Below are positions 20,646 to 32,371 of a stretch of 64,000 nt of DNA, one piece after another. The notes below the pieces were generated by a model, which worked only from the letters and a program-made list of their open reading frames with translations, searched no databases and was not told the DNA's origin. Positions within the stretch are counted from its first letter, which is position 1. Every line of letters begins with the position of its first letter. Where the stretch lies: assembly GCA_038212275.1 (NCBI GenBank), contig JBBQUR010000009.1, positions 32,001 through 96,000 of the forward strand. The letters run 5' to 3'. Origin of the DNA: Planctomycetota bacterium (lineage in GTDB: Bacteria > Planctomycetota > B15-G4). The position numbers were made by a program, and so were the translations under genes.

Positions 20646-21611
20646 ATGACGTCTCCACTCCGCATCGCCAGCTTGCTGCCGTCCGCGACGGAGATGGTCT
20701 GCGCGCTCGGCGCGGAGAGCGAGCTGGTCGGTGTCAGCCACGAGTGCGACTGGCCGCGCAGTGTCATCGGCCGCGCGGTCATCACCACGAGCAAGGTGAA
20801 GGTGCTGGGGAAGAGCGGCGAGATCGACCGCGACGTGCGCGCGCTGCTCAAGGACGCGCTCGCCGTGTACGACATCGACGACAGCGCGCTGGCGGACGCG
20901 GCGCCGGACGTCATCGTCACGCAGGACCTGTGCGACGTGTGCGCCGTCTCCTTCGACGACGTCGTGGCGGCGGCGCGGCGCGTGGCCAGGCCCGACGTGC
21001 GCATCGTCAACCTGCATCCGACGCGGCTCGCGGACATCTGGGCGGACATCCGCAAGGTGGCCGTCGCGCTGGGCCGCGAGGTGGAGGCCGACGCGGTGCT
21101 CGCCGACATGGATCGACGCGTCGAGCACGTGCGCCAGCGCGCCGCGACGTATCTCGCGCGCCGCGGCGCCGCCGCGCCGCCCAACGTGCTGACGCTGGAA
21201 TGGATCGACCCGGCGATGGTGGGCGGCACGTGGATGCCTGAACTCGTCGCGCTGGCGGGCGGCCGCGCGCTCGTCACCGTGCCCGGGCAGCACGCGCCGA
21301 CGCTCACGCGCGCGCAGCTCGCCGCGCTCGATCCCGCGCCGGACGTGGTCGTCATCAAGCCCTGCGGTTTCGAACTGCCGCGCACGCTCAAGGAATCCGA
21401 CGCGCTGGGCGACCTGCTCGGCGGCCTGCCGTGGCCCGCCGTGCGCGAGGGCCGCGTGTGGGTCGCGGACGGCAACGCCTACTTCAACCGCCCGGGTCCG
21501 CGCATCGTGGATTCGCTGGAGATCATGGCCGCCTGCGTGCACCCCGACGTCTTTGCCGACTTCGCCGCGCACTACGCCGGCGCCTTTCGCCGCTTCGGAG
21601 TGCGAGCTTGA
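20646..21611 (+). CDS. BtuF/cobalamin-binding-like solute-binding family protein (no signal peptide)
   Basis: RIASLLPSATE, LVGVSHECDWP, TQDLCDVCAV, LEWIDP and YFNRPGPRIVDSLE motifs. Confidence 0.88.
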   Translation: MTSPLRIASLLPSATEMVCALGAESELVGVSHECDWPRSVIGRAVITTSKVKVLGKSGEIDRDVRALLKDALAVYDIDDSALADAAPDVIVTQDLCDVCAVSFDDVVAAARRVARPDVRIVNLHPTRLADIWADIRKVAVALGREVEADAVLADMDRRVEHVRQRAATYLARRGAAAPPNVLTLEWIDPAMVGGTWMPELVALAGGRALVTVPGQHAPTLTRAQLAALDPAPDVVVIKPCGFELPRTLKESDALGDLLGGLPWPAVREGRVWVADGNAYFNRPGPRIVDSLEIMAACVHPDVFADFAAHYAGAFRRFGVRA

Positions 21612-23278
21612 GCGCCCTGCTGACGACGAGCGGCGACAACGGCCCGGCGCGCCTGACACGTGTGATTCCGGCCCTGCTTCTGCTGTCGACGTTGAGCTGT
21701 CACGCAAGCGCGGCGGCGCAGAGTGCAGCCGTCGTGTACGCGACCGGCCCCGACGTGACCGCCGCCGAGATTGCGCGGCACGTGCATGCGCTGGCCGATG
21801 ACGCGATGGCCGGCCGCGCGACCGGTTCCGCGGAGAGTCTCGCCGCGGCTGCATATCTCGAGGGCGTGCTGCGCGATGCGGGCCTGCGCGGCGCCGGAGA
21901 TGGCGGCAGCTTCCTGCAGACCACCGACACGCGCCGCTTCACCAGCGACGGTGTGCCGACCCTCGAATTCTTCACGGTGCAGCGGCCGGCGATGGATGCC
22001 GACCTGATGACTGCTGCCGACGCCGGGGTCGCGCCTTCAGGCATGGCAGCCGTCACGGCGGCACCCGGAGCGGACTTCGCGTATCGATCGGGCGGGCCGG
22101 TCGATGCGACGCTCGCGCTCGTCATCGCAGCCACCGCCGCCGATGTGCCGAAGACGCCGCGCGCCGACGCCGCGCTGTACCTGCCGACCGGCGGCCGCAC
22201 CGCGCGTTCCTGGTTGTCGGCGGCGGGTGCTCCGGACGGCCGGGGCTGGGGGCTGCTGCTTCTCGCCGGCGACGACACGGCCGGCACGCCGGACGAGCAG
22301 CCCGTGACCGGCTTGCTCACGGCGCCCGCCGATCAGCCGCTTCCGCCGACGTCCTTCACCGTGCGCGGGCCCTTGCGCGACCGGCTCGCGGCGGGGGAGT
22401 TTGCCGGTCTGCGCGCCGCGTTGCGCGCTGCCGCGCTGGTCCCTGCCGTAAATGTCGTCGGCGTGCTGGACGGCGCGGGCACGCCGGACCATCCCGAACT
22501 TGCGCGGCAGGCCGTCGTCTTCACCGCGCACTACGACCACCTCGGCGTGGCGCGCAATGCGGACGATGTGGCGCGGCTCGCAGCAGGCGCCGTGCCCGAC
22601 CTCATCTACAACGGCGCGGATGACGACGCGTCGGGCTGCGCGGCGGTGCTCGAACTCGCGCAGGCCTTCGGCGCGGAGGCGCGCGCGGGCCGGCCGCCGG
22701 CGCGCACGCTGGTCTTCCTGCTCGTCACGGGCGAGGAGGTCGGGCTCATCGGCACGCGCTACTACCTGGACCATCCGGTCGTGCCGCTCGCCGAGACGGT
22801 GTGCAACCTCAACTTCGAGATGATCGGAAGGCCCGATGCACTCGTCGGCGGCGCGGGCAAGCTGTGGCTCACGGGCTTCGAACGCAGCAACCTCGGGCCG
22901 GCGTGGGCTGGCGCGGGCCTCGACATCGCGCCGGACGCGCGGCCGGAGGAGCACTTCTTCGAGCGCTCCGACAACATCGCCTTCGTCATGCGCGGCATCG
23001 TCGGCCAGACGCTCTCCAGCTACAACCTGCACGAGGACTACCACCACGTGACCGACGCGCCGGACACGCTGGACTTCCTGCACATGGAGACGGCCGTGCG
23101 CGCCGGACTCGCCGCCGCGCGCACGCTGGCCGACGGCACGCTGACTCCCGCATGGATCGGCCCGCCGCCCGCCCCGCCTGCTCGGCCCGGCGCGCCCGCT
23201 GCACCCGGAGAACCCGCTTCGCCCAGCGCACCCGCTGCAGAGGGCGCGGCAAGCGGCGCGCCGGGAGGGCCGCGATGA
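21608..23278 (+). CDS. Secreted M28 family metallopeptidase
   Basis: GRATGS, AHYDHLG, NGADDDASG, GEEVGL.G, RSDN and DYHHVTD motifs. Start is TTG 21608 or GTG 21662. Confidence 0.9.
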   Translation: MSALLTTSGDNGPARLTRVIPALLLLSTLSCHASAAAQSAAVVYATGPDVTAAEIARHVHALADDAMAGRATGSAESLAAAAYLEGVLRDAGLRGAGDGGSFLQTTDTRRFTSDGVPTLEFFTVQRPAMDADLMTAADAGVAPSGMAAVTAAPGADFAYRSGGPVDATLALVIAATAADVPKTPRADAALYLPTGGRTARSWLSAAGAPDGRGWGLLLLAGDDTAGTPDEQPVTGLLTAPADQPLPPTSFTVRGPLRDRLAAGEFAGLRAALRAAALVPAVNVVGVLDGAGTPDHPELARQAVVFTAHYDHLGVARNADDVARLAAGAVPDLIYNGADDDASGCAAVLELAQAFGAEARAGRPPARTLVFLLVTGEEVGLIGTRYYLDHPVVPLAETVCNLNFEMIGRPDALVGGAGKLWLTGFERSNLGPAWAGAGLDIAPDARPEEHFFERSDNIAFVMRGIVGQTLSSYNLHEDYHHVTDAPDTLDFLHMETAVRAGLAAARTLADGTLTPAWIGPPPAPPARPGAPAAPGEPASPSAPAAEGAASGAPGGPR

Positions 23279-23820
23279 AGGCCCACATCCACATGATCGA
23301 CGAGGGCGATGCCGACGATGAGCTGAAGCGGCTGTATCGCGAGGCGGCCGGCGCGCCCGGTGCGGCGGTCGACAACATCCTCAAGATCCATTCGCTGGAC
23401 CCCGCGGGCCTGCGCGCGCACCTCGCGCTGTATCGCTCCGCGATGACCGGCACGCCGGGGCTGCCCAAGCTGGAGCGCGAGATGATCGCGCTGGTCGTCA
23501 GCTCCGTGAACGGGTGCCGATACTGAATGGTGCATCACCGGCGCGGTCTGCGCCGACTCGCCCGCAACGATGCGCTGGTGGCGCGCCTCGAGGCCGATCA
23601 CGCCACGGCGGGCCTCGACCCGCGGCAGCGGGCGATCCTCGACTACGCGGTCAAGTTGACGAAGACGCCCGGCGCCGTGCTGGCCGCCGACGTGCAGCGG
23701 CTGCGCGACGCGGGCCTTTCGGACGCCGATATCCTCGGCGTCGCCGAAGTCACCGGATACTACGCGTACGTGAACCGGATCGCGTCGGGGCTCGGCGTGC
23801 CGCTGGAAGGCGAGAGCTGA
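23275..23820 (+). CDS. AhpD/CMD-family peroxidase-related enzyme, probable selenoprotein (TGA 23524-23526 read as Sec84)
   Basis: Two in-frame ORF halves join into one 181-aa protein: EREMIALVVSSVNGCRY[TGA]MVHH...LDPRQRAILDYAVKLT..P...LRDAGLSDADI...YVNRIASGLG. The TGA falls at the second Cys position of the CxxC motif. Confidence 0.9.
23524..23555 (+). promoter_or_regulatory. Bacterial SECIS element
   Basis: Stem cggcgc (23539-44) pairs with gcgccg (23550-55) around loop GGUCU, which begins after an 18-nt gap from the UGA. Loop sequence and spacing match the E. coli fdhF SECIS as I recall it. Confidence 0.8.
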
Positions 23821-23883
23821 GCAACCTGTCGCGCGAGCGGCGCGCGGCTGAACGGCCGGCCCTCGATCGCTACCGTGGCGGCA

Positions 23884-26800
23884 ATGTCCGAGAGCCAGCC
23901 ACCGCTGCCGCCTGAGCGCGCGCCGACCGAAGCCGCCTCGCCGGAGCTGCGGCCGCCGAGGCGTGGCTCGCTGCTGCGGCGCACGCTGGGTCTGCTGCTG
24001 CTCGTGCTCGTGCTGGCCGTGGCGGCGGTCCTCACCTTCGCCGACCGGCTGCTGCTGCCGTGGTTGCTGCCCGTGGCCCAGGCCGAGGCGCGCGCGCACG
24101 GCCTGCAACTCGAGGTCGCGCGCCTCGCGGGGAGCTTGACGTCCACGATCGTGCTGCAGGACGTGCGCGTGACGACGCGCGATCCCTCGCTGCCCGCCGC
24201 AGAGCTGCTGGTGCCGGAGCTGGAGTTGCACTGGTCGCCGTGGCGCGCGCTGATCGGCGCGGCCGAACCGCTGCATGGCCTGCACCTGCACGGCGGCACG
24301 CTGCACCTGGACCTGACGCGCGACGGCGACGCCGATGCGCCGGGCGCGGCGTGGGAAGCCGGCACGCTGGCGCGGCTCGGGCAGCAGCTCGACCTGCTGC
24401 CGGCGCTTTCCGTCGACGACCTGCGCGTGGACTTGCGCGCGCCGTCGGGCGGGCTGCTGGACGCGCCCGAGCTGGTCGCACGCGCCACGCTCTTCGTGGA
24501 CGGCCGGCGCGTCGAACTGCGCGACGGCCGCGTCGACGGAGACGGTCCCGAGGGTCGCCTGCCCGAGGGCCTGCAGCTGCTCGCGCCGCTGCGCCTCGAC
24601 CTCTCGCGACTGGACCGGGACGAACTGCCTTTCGAGCTGGAAGTCGCCGCGGGAGGCGGCGTGCTGTCCGCGCAGGGCAGCGTGAAGGGCGACACGCTTG
24701 CCAGTGACGTCACCGCGCAAGGCGTCGCCCTGGAGGCGGTGTGGCGCGCGGTGCAGGGCGCAGGCGGCGAGCCGTCACCGCTGTCAGGGCCGCTGCTCCT
24801 CGAGGGCGAGCTGCGCGTGCCGCTCGGCGCCGGCGTCGCACTTCCCGGCGCCGTCAGCGCCGACGCCGAGCCGGTGCCGCAGGCGACCGCGACGGCGCAC
24901 GTCACGCTGGGAGCGTTCCGCGCGTGGGGCTTGTCGCTGGACGGCGCCACGGGCGCGCTGTCCTGGCGCGACGGCGCGCTGCACGCGGAGGACGTGCAGC
25001 TCACGCAGCACGGCAATCGCGTGCTCGTGGAACAGGCCGACCTGCCCGCCGGCGCGGACTGGCAGGCGCTGGCGCTGCAACTGAACGTGGCCATCGACGA
25101 CGTGCCCGCCCTGCTCGCCTCGTTGCGCGCCGCGGAGCTGCTGCCGGACCTGCCGGAGTCGCACGCCTGGGAGCTTGCCCGGCAGTTCGGGGCGCAGGTC
25201 GTCGCGCGTGCGCACAGCCTCACGCTGCACGCCGCGCTGCGGGACGGCACGGCGAGCGTGACCGACGCCGTGTTCCGCACCGCGGGCGGCTCGCTGTCCG
25301 TGCCGAGGGCCTCGCTGGATCTGTCCGCGCCGGATCTCGCTGCGGCAGCCATGGGCGTGCGCCTCGATGCGGAGTTCACGGACCTCGCGCCGCTGGGCGC
25401 GCTGCTCGGCGAGCGGCTGTTTCCGGGGGCGCGCTCGGCGCAGTGGGCCGGCGCGCTCACCGCGCACCTGGATCTCGCCGGCAGCATTGCGCAGCCCGTC
25501 GCGCAGCTGCAGGTCGACGGGCGCGAGCTGCTCGTCGCTGGCTGGCCGCTCGGTGTCGTGACGCTGAAGGCCAGCGCCGATGCGCGCGAGCTGACGGTCG
25601 CCGCCTTCGATGTGGAGGCCGGCGCCTCGCACGTGTCGGCGCAGGGTGCGCTGGACCTGGCGTCGCTGGGTCTGCGTGGCGTGCGCGTGCAGGTGAACGT
25701 TCCGGATCTCGCAGCGGCGCTTCCGGACTCGGGCGTGCGCGGGGCGCTCGATGCCCGCGGAGAACTGGACGGCCCGCTCGTGCTGCCGCTCGGCAGTCTC
25801 GAGCTGCACGTCAGCAAGCTTTTCGCGCACGGTGTGGCGGTGGATGACCTGCAGCTTGCGGCGACGCGCACGCCCGGGGTGCTCGGCGTGCAGCGCGCTC
25901 TGCTGCAGGCGCCGTGGGGCACGCTGGAGGCGGCCGGCTCGCTGAACTTCGACGAGGCGGACGACGGCTCCTTCGATGCGTGGCCTGACCGGTTGACGTC
26001 GCTCTCGCTCGATCGGCTGGTGCTCTCGCGCGGCACGCTGGACCTCTCGCTCGCCGAACCGGCGACGCTGCGGCGCGTCACGGGCGCGGCGAGGGCCGAC
26101 GAGGCGGGGCCCGGTCTCGGCGTGTGGAGCGGCGGGCCGCTCCAGTTCGCGGGCAGCGCGGGCGTGCTGCATGCGACGCTGCTCGCGGCGCCATCGGCCA
26201 CGGGCGTCGGCACGCTGCAGCGCGTGCAACTCGTCGCGGAGCGCCTGCAGCCGCTGCTGCCGCTGCCCGCGGACAGCAGCGTGGAGACCTTCGACGGAGA
26301 TCTGGACGTCGTCTTCGGCGCCGAGGAACTCGCCGTCTCGGGCACGCTGCGCGGGCTGGGTCTTGCGCTGGCTCTCGGGCCCGGTGCCGTCGGCGCGGAG
26401 CAGGGCGGCGCCGACGAGGTCGCGCCGGGCGCTGCGGCTGCCGGCGCAGGCAGAGCGGACTCCCGCGTCGGCGTCCGCGGCGACGTCACCGCGTGGTTGC
26501 GCGTCACGGGCACGCTGTCCGCGCCGCGCGGCGAGGTGGAGATCTCCGGGCGTCGCGTCGTGGTCACCGCGCCGGGCCGGCTGGCGGCTGAGGGTTTCGG
26601 GCCGTGCACGCTGGATGCGCACGTCACGCTGGACGAACAGCTCGTCATCGACTGGCTGCACGTGGACTCGCCGCACCAGGTGCACCTCGACGCGCACGGC
26701 ACGATGGAAAGACCATCAGGCGATCTCGCGCAGCTTGCGCAAACGCCCGTGCACATGACGGTCAGCGTGTCGGCCGGGGAACTCGACCGGCTCTCGCAGC

Positions 26801-27990
26801 TGCTGCTCGACGTGCGCCGCATGAGCGGCGAGCTGGCTGCCGAGCTGAGCCTCGACGGCCCGCTCGGCGCGCCGCATGCCAGCGGTTCCATCGACGTGCG
26901 TGACGGCGAATTGCGCCTGCAGGGCGCGCTGCCCGCTCTCGATGCGCTGGAGGCGCGGCTCGAATGGGCCGACGGCCGCATCGTGATCCGCACCTTCACC
27001 GGCGAACTGGGCAGCTCGCCGTTCACGCTCACGGGCGAGGGTTGGCTGAGTGCCGACGGCCCGCAGCTCGACCTCGCGCTGAGCGGCGAGGACCTGCTGT
27101 TCTATCGCGCCGACGGCGTGACCGTGCGCGCCGACAGCAAGCTCACGGTGCGCGGCGTGCCCTCCGCGCTGGCCGTCAAGGGCTCGCTCGCGCTGCGCAA
27201 CAGCGGCGTCGTGTCCAGTGTCAACCTGCTGCACTTCGCGCAGGGAGGCAATGCCGGGCCAGGCCGCGGCCTGCGCCTGTTCAGCTTCCGCGAGCCGCCG
27301 CTCTCGGGTCTCGTCTTCGACGTGCGCATCATCACCGCCGAGCCCTTCCTCGTGCGCAACAACGTCGTGCGCGGAACGCTGCGCCCCGACCTGCGGCTCA
27401 CCGGCACCGGCGTCGCGCCGATTCTCGACGGCACGCTGGCGGTCGAGGGCGCGCGTGTCATCCTGCCCGCCGGCGGCGTGAACCTGGACTCGGGGCGCGT
27501 GCTGTTCAGCGCGGCGGATCCGCTCGTGCCGCAGCTCGATCTCACCGCGTCCGCGCGGCGTCGCGGCTACGACATCTCGGTGCGCATCAGCGGTCCGTAC
27601 GACCAGCCGGTGGTGTCGCTCAGCTCCGTGCCACCGTTGGCGTCCGACAAGATCCTGCTGCTGCTGCTCACGGGGCAGGCGCCGGGGCGCGACGAAGCGG
27701 GGCCGGCGGGAAGCGACACGACGACGCACGTCGTCTCCGTGTACCTCGGGCAGGACCTGCTCGCGCGCTGGCTGGGCGACTCGCCGCTCGGCGAAGACGG
27801 CCTGCTCGACCGGCTCGACGTGGATGTCGTGAAGGACCTCTCGCGCAACAACGCCGAGCTGCTGCAGGTGAGCTACCGGCTCTCCAAGGTTCCGAAACAC
27901 GGCGGCACCGTGACCTTCCTGCGCGCCGAGAAAGACCTCTACGGCCGCATCAACTTCGGCGTGCAATTCCTCTTCCGGATCGAAGGGTGA
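23884..27990 (+). CDS. tamB: Translocation/assembly module TamB (AsmA-like) protein
   Basis: N-terminal TM anchor, long beta-rich body, and a C-terminal DUF490-like region (P.LDLTA...YDISVRISGP..QP..SLSSVPPL..D.IL.LLLTG). Confidence 0.85.
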   Translation: MSESQPPLPPERAPTEAASPELRPPRRGSLLRRTLGLLLLVLVLAVAAVLTFADRLLLPWLLPVAQAEARAHGLQLEVARLAGSLTSTIVLQDVRVTTRDPSLPAAELLVPELELHWSPWRALIGAAEPLHGLHLHGGTLHLDLTRDGDADAPGAAWEAGTLARLGQQLDLLPALSVDDLRVDLRAPSGGLLDAPELVARATLFVDGRRVELRDGRVDGDGPEGRLPEGLQLLAPLRLDLSRLDRDELPFELEVAAGGGVLSAQGSVKGDTLASDVTAQGVALEAVWRAVQGAGGEPSPLSGPLLLEGELRVPLGAGVALPGAVSADAEPVPQATATAHVTLGAFRAWGLSLDGATGALSWRDGALHAEDVQLTQHGNRVLVEQADLPAGADWQALALQLNVAIDDVPALLASLRAAELLPDLPESHAWELARQFGAQVVARAHSLTLHAALRDGTASVTDAVFRTAGGSLSVPRASLDLSAPDLAAAAMGVRLDAEFTDLAPLGALLGERLFPGARSAQWAGALTAHLDLAGSIAQPVAQLQVDGRELLVAGWPLGVVTLKASADARELTVAAFDVEAGASHVSAQGALDLASLGLRGVRVQVNVPDLAAALPDSGVRGALDARGELDGPLVLPLGSLELHVSKLFAHGVAVDDLQLAATRTPGVLGVQRALLQAPWGTLEAAGSLNFDEADDGSFDAWPDRLTSLSLDRLVLSRGTLDLSLAEPATLRRVTGAARADEAGPGLGVWSGGPLQFAGSAGVLHATLLAAPSATGVGTLQRVQLVAERLQPLLPLPADSSVETFDGDLDVVFGAEELAVSGTLRGLGLALALGPGAVGAEQGGADEVAPGAAAAGAGRADSRVGVRGDVTAWLRVTGTLSAPRGEVEISGRRVVVTAPGRLAAEGFGPCTLDAHVTLDEQLVIDWLHVDSPHQVHLDAHGTMERPSGDLAQLAQTPVHMTVSVSAGELDRLSQLLLDVRRMSGELAAELSLDGPLGAPHASGSIDVRDGELRLQGALPALDALEARLEWADGRIVIRTFTGELGSSPFTLTGEGWLSADGPQLDLALSGEDLLFYRADGVTVRADSKLTVRGVPSALAVKGSLALRNSGVVSSVNLLHFAQGGNAGPGRGLRLFSFREPPLSGLVFDVRIITAEPFLVRNNVVRGTLRPDLRLTGTGVAPILDGTLAVEGARVILPAGGVNLDSGRVLFSAADPLVPQLDLTASARRRGYDISVRISGPYDQPVVSLSSVPPLASDKILLLLLTGQAPGRDEAGPAGSDTTTHVVSVYLGQDLLARWLGDSPLGEDGLLDRLDVDVVKDLSRNNAELLQVSYRLSKVPKHGGTVTFLRAEKDLYGRINFGVQFLFRIEG

Positions 27991-30218
27991 GGTCGCGACT
28001 GCACGCCCCGCCGCCGGACAAGTCGCGCCTGTTCGCGTCGCGCGTGCTGCTGGCGTTGCTGCTGGCGCTGGTCGTGGTTGCCCCGCTGGCAGCGCAGACG
28101 GCCGAGACGCTGCTGCCCGTGTCGTCCGACGAGGTCCGCGCGGCCGAGCAGGCCGATGATGCGGTGGCCGATGCGGCGGCGGATGCGGCCGTCGATGCGA
28201 CGGCGGCGGCGGCCGCGGCAGGCGCCGCGCAGCCGGCGTCGTCCGCCTCCGCACCGCAGGCGCACGTCGTGTTCGTCGGTGGGGCCGGCGTGCCCGAGTC
28301 GCTGCGGCTGCGCGCGATGGCGGACAGCATGGAGGATCTGGCCGGCGGCAAGCGGCGTCGTGCCGCGGCGGATGACGCGGCCTACGCGCTGGAGCAGCTC
28401 TACCACACGCAGGGCTTCCCGTTCGTCACGGTGGAGGTGTCCTTCGGTGATGCGGAGTCGCCGGATCCTGCGGGGCCCGTCACCTTCACGCTGGTCGAGG
28501 GCCCGCGCACCGCGCTCGTCTCGGTGACGATCGAAGGCAACACAGCCTTCTCCGACGACGAGCTGCAGGAGCTCTTCCGCGACCGGGATCGCGGCCTGCT
28601 CGCCCCGGGCCTCGCGTGGTACAGCGCCGACGCGATGAGCGATGCGATCTCGACGATCTCCGCCGTGTACTGGAGCGACGGCTACCTGCAGTCCGAGGTG
28701 GACGAGCCGGTCGTGGAGTTCAGCGAGGACGGCACGCGTGCGACGGTCACGGTGACGCTGCGCGAGGGGCCTGCGTACCGGTTGCGTCGCGTGGAGTTCA
28801 CCGGCGTGCGCATCTATCCTGAGGACGCGCTTCGCGAGCAGGTGGCCGGCTTCATCGACCGCGCCTACTTTCCGCAGGTGGCCTTCGCGGCGCGTGCGCG
28901 GCTGCTGGAGTTCTACGGCGCGCGCGGCCACACCGAAGCGAGCGTGGAGTTCGAGGAGGTCCGCGACGACGAGAGCGGCGACGTCGGCCTGCTGTTTCAT
29001 GTCGAAGCCGGGCCGCGGCTGTCGGTGGCCGGCATCCGCATCGAGGGCATCGAGCGTACGAAGCCGGACTTCCTGCTGAGACGGCTCGCCTTCGAGACCG
29101 GCGACACGTGGACCACGACCGCGCAGCGTGACAGCTACGAAGCGCTGCACCGCAGCGGCCTGTTCGAGAGCATCGTCATCGAGCTGGATCCGGGCAGTGA
29201 GGACGAGCGCGAGGTGACGGTCAAGGTGGCGGAGCGCACGCCGCTCGAGGTCTACGTCGAGCCGGGCTACGGCAGCTACGAGGGGCCGCGACTGACGCTC
29301 GGCTACCGCGACCGCAACGTCGGCGGTTACGGGCGCATCTTCCACGCGGAAGGCTCGGTGTCGCCGAAGTCGCAGTCGGCGCTGGTCGGCCTGACGGATC
29401 CGTGGTTCGCCAAGGACCTCACGGCCGACGTCTCGGTCTTCGCGATCCACCGCGAAGAGCCGTCGTTCACCAGCGGTGATCTCGGCGTGGCGGCCACGCT
29501 GGACCTGCGCATCACGCCACGCTGGCAGACGCAGTTCGGCTACATCTACAGGAAGTCCACGGTCTCGAACGTGGATGCGGTCACCGCCGAGGTGAAGGAC
29601 GCCGTCGAGAACGTGGACATCTCCTCGATCAGCGTCTCGCCCATCTACGACAGCCGCGACGACGTCTTCGCGCCCACGGACGGCATGCTGTGGCGGACGA
29701 CGCTCGAGTACGGCGGCTCGGTGCTGGGCAGCGAGCTCAACTTCGTGCGCGGCGGCTACACGCACAGCGTCTTCACGCCGCTCTCCGCAGACGACGTGCT
29801 GGCGGCCTCCTTCCGCACCGGGATCATCGTGCCCGTCGGCAGCACGGACGTCATCCCGCTGCAGGAGCGCTACTTCAACGGCGGCGAGAACACGGTGCGC
29901 TCGTTCAAGGAAGACGAGCTCGGCCCGAAGGACAGCGATGGCAACCCGATCGGCGGCGAGGCCTACAGCGTCCTGTCCGCGGAACTGCGCCACAAGCTGA
30001 CGGAGTCGTTCGGCCTGGCCTTCTTCGTGGATCTCGGCAACGTGCAGGAAAACGCGAACGACTATCTCCACTTCTCCAACAGAGGCGCGGCGGTCGGCAC
30101 GGGTCTTCGCTACCTGCTGCCCATCGGCCCGGTGCGCCTGGACTTCGGCGTGAATCCCGACCCCAGGCAGGATGAGGACAGCTGGGTCGTGCAGTTCGCC
30201 GTGGGCGCCCCGTTCTGA
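27987..30218 (+). CDS. Omp85 family outer-membrane protein (TamA/BamA-like)
   Basis: POTRA-like segments (IEGNTAFSDDEL, Y...GYL), barrel motifs GGENTVRSF and GLRYLLPIGPVRLDFG, terminal Phe. GTG start overlaps the tamB stop. Confidence 0.9.
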   Translation: MRSRLHAPPPDKSRLFASRVLLALLLALVVVAPLAAQTAETLLPVSSDEVRAAEQADDAVADAAADAAVDATAAAAAAGAAQPASSASAPQAHVVFVGGAGVPESLRLRAMADSMEDLAGGKRRRAAADDAAYALEQLYHTQGFPFVTVEVSFGDAESPDPAGPVTFTLVEGPRTALVSVTIEGNTAFSDDELQELFRDRDRGLLAPGLAWYSADAMSDAISTISAVYWSDGYLQSEVDEPVVEFSEDGTRATVTVTLREGPAYRLRRVEFTGVRIYPEDALREQVAGFIDRAYFPQVAFAARARLLEFYGARGHTEASVEFEEVRDDESGDVGLLFHVEAGPRLSVAGIRIEGIERTKPDFLLRRLAFETGDTWTTTAQRDSYEALHRSGLFESIVIELDPGSEDEREVTVKVAERTPLEVYVEPGYGSYEGPRLTLGYRDRNVGGYGRIFHAEGSVSPKSQSALVGLTDPWFAKDLTADVSVFAIHREEPSFTSGDLGVAATLDLRITPRWQTQFGYIYRKSTVSNVDAVTAEVKDAVENVDISSISVSPIYDSRDDVFAPTDGMLWRTTLEYGGSVLGSELNFVRGGYTHSVFTPLSADDVLAASFRTGIIVPVGSTDVIPLQERYFNGGENTVRSFKEDELGPKDSDGNPIGGEAYSVLSAELRHKLTESFGLAFFVDLGNVQENANDYLHFSNRGAAVGTGLRYLLPIGPVRLDFGVNPDPRQDEDSWVVQFAVGAPF

Positions 30219-30462
30219 TCCCGCCGCCGCGGCACGCCGGGCCGCGCCGCCCGGAGCCGCAGCACGGCACGCCGCGCGGCGCCAACCCCGATGCCGCCGC
30301 CCACGACGTGCCCATGTCAGCTTGCTGCCTGCCGTGTCCGGCGCGCTGTGTGATGTTGAGGCAGTGCCTCTACATCACACATCCTGCGGGGAGCGCCGCG
30401 CGGAGCAGAATGCCGGCAGGGCAAGCGCTCCGAGCGGTCAAGCTCGCCGGTCGGCGCGGGAA

Positions 30463-32340
<1,878 letters not shown>

Positions 32341-32371
32341 GGCGCGGGCTGCGGCGTTTTCGCGCGGCGGT

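Noticed and set aside
23527..23820. Separate 97-aa gene starting at the ATG right after the TGA, or a nonsense pseudogene
   Set aside because: The TGA sits exactly at the CxxC cysteine position and is followed by a SECIS-like hairpin, so recoding explains it better.
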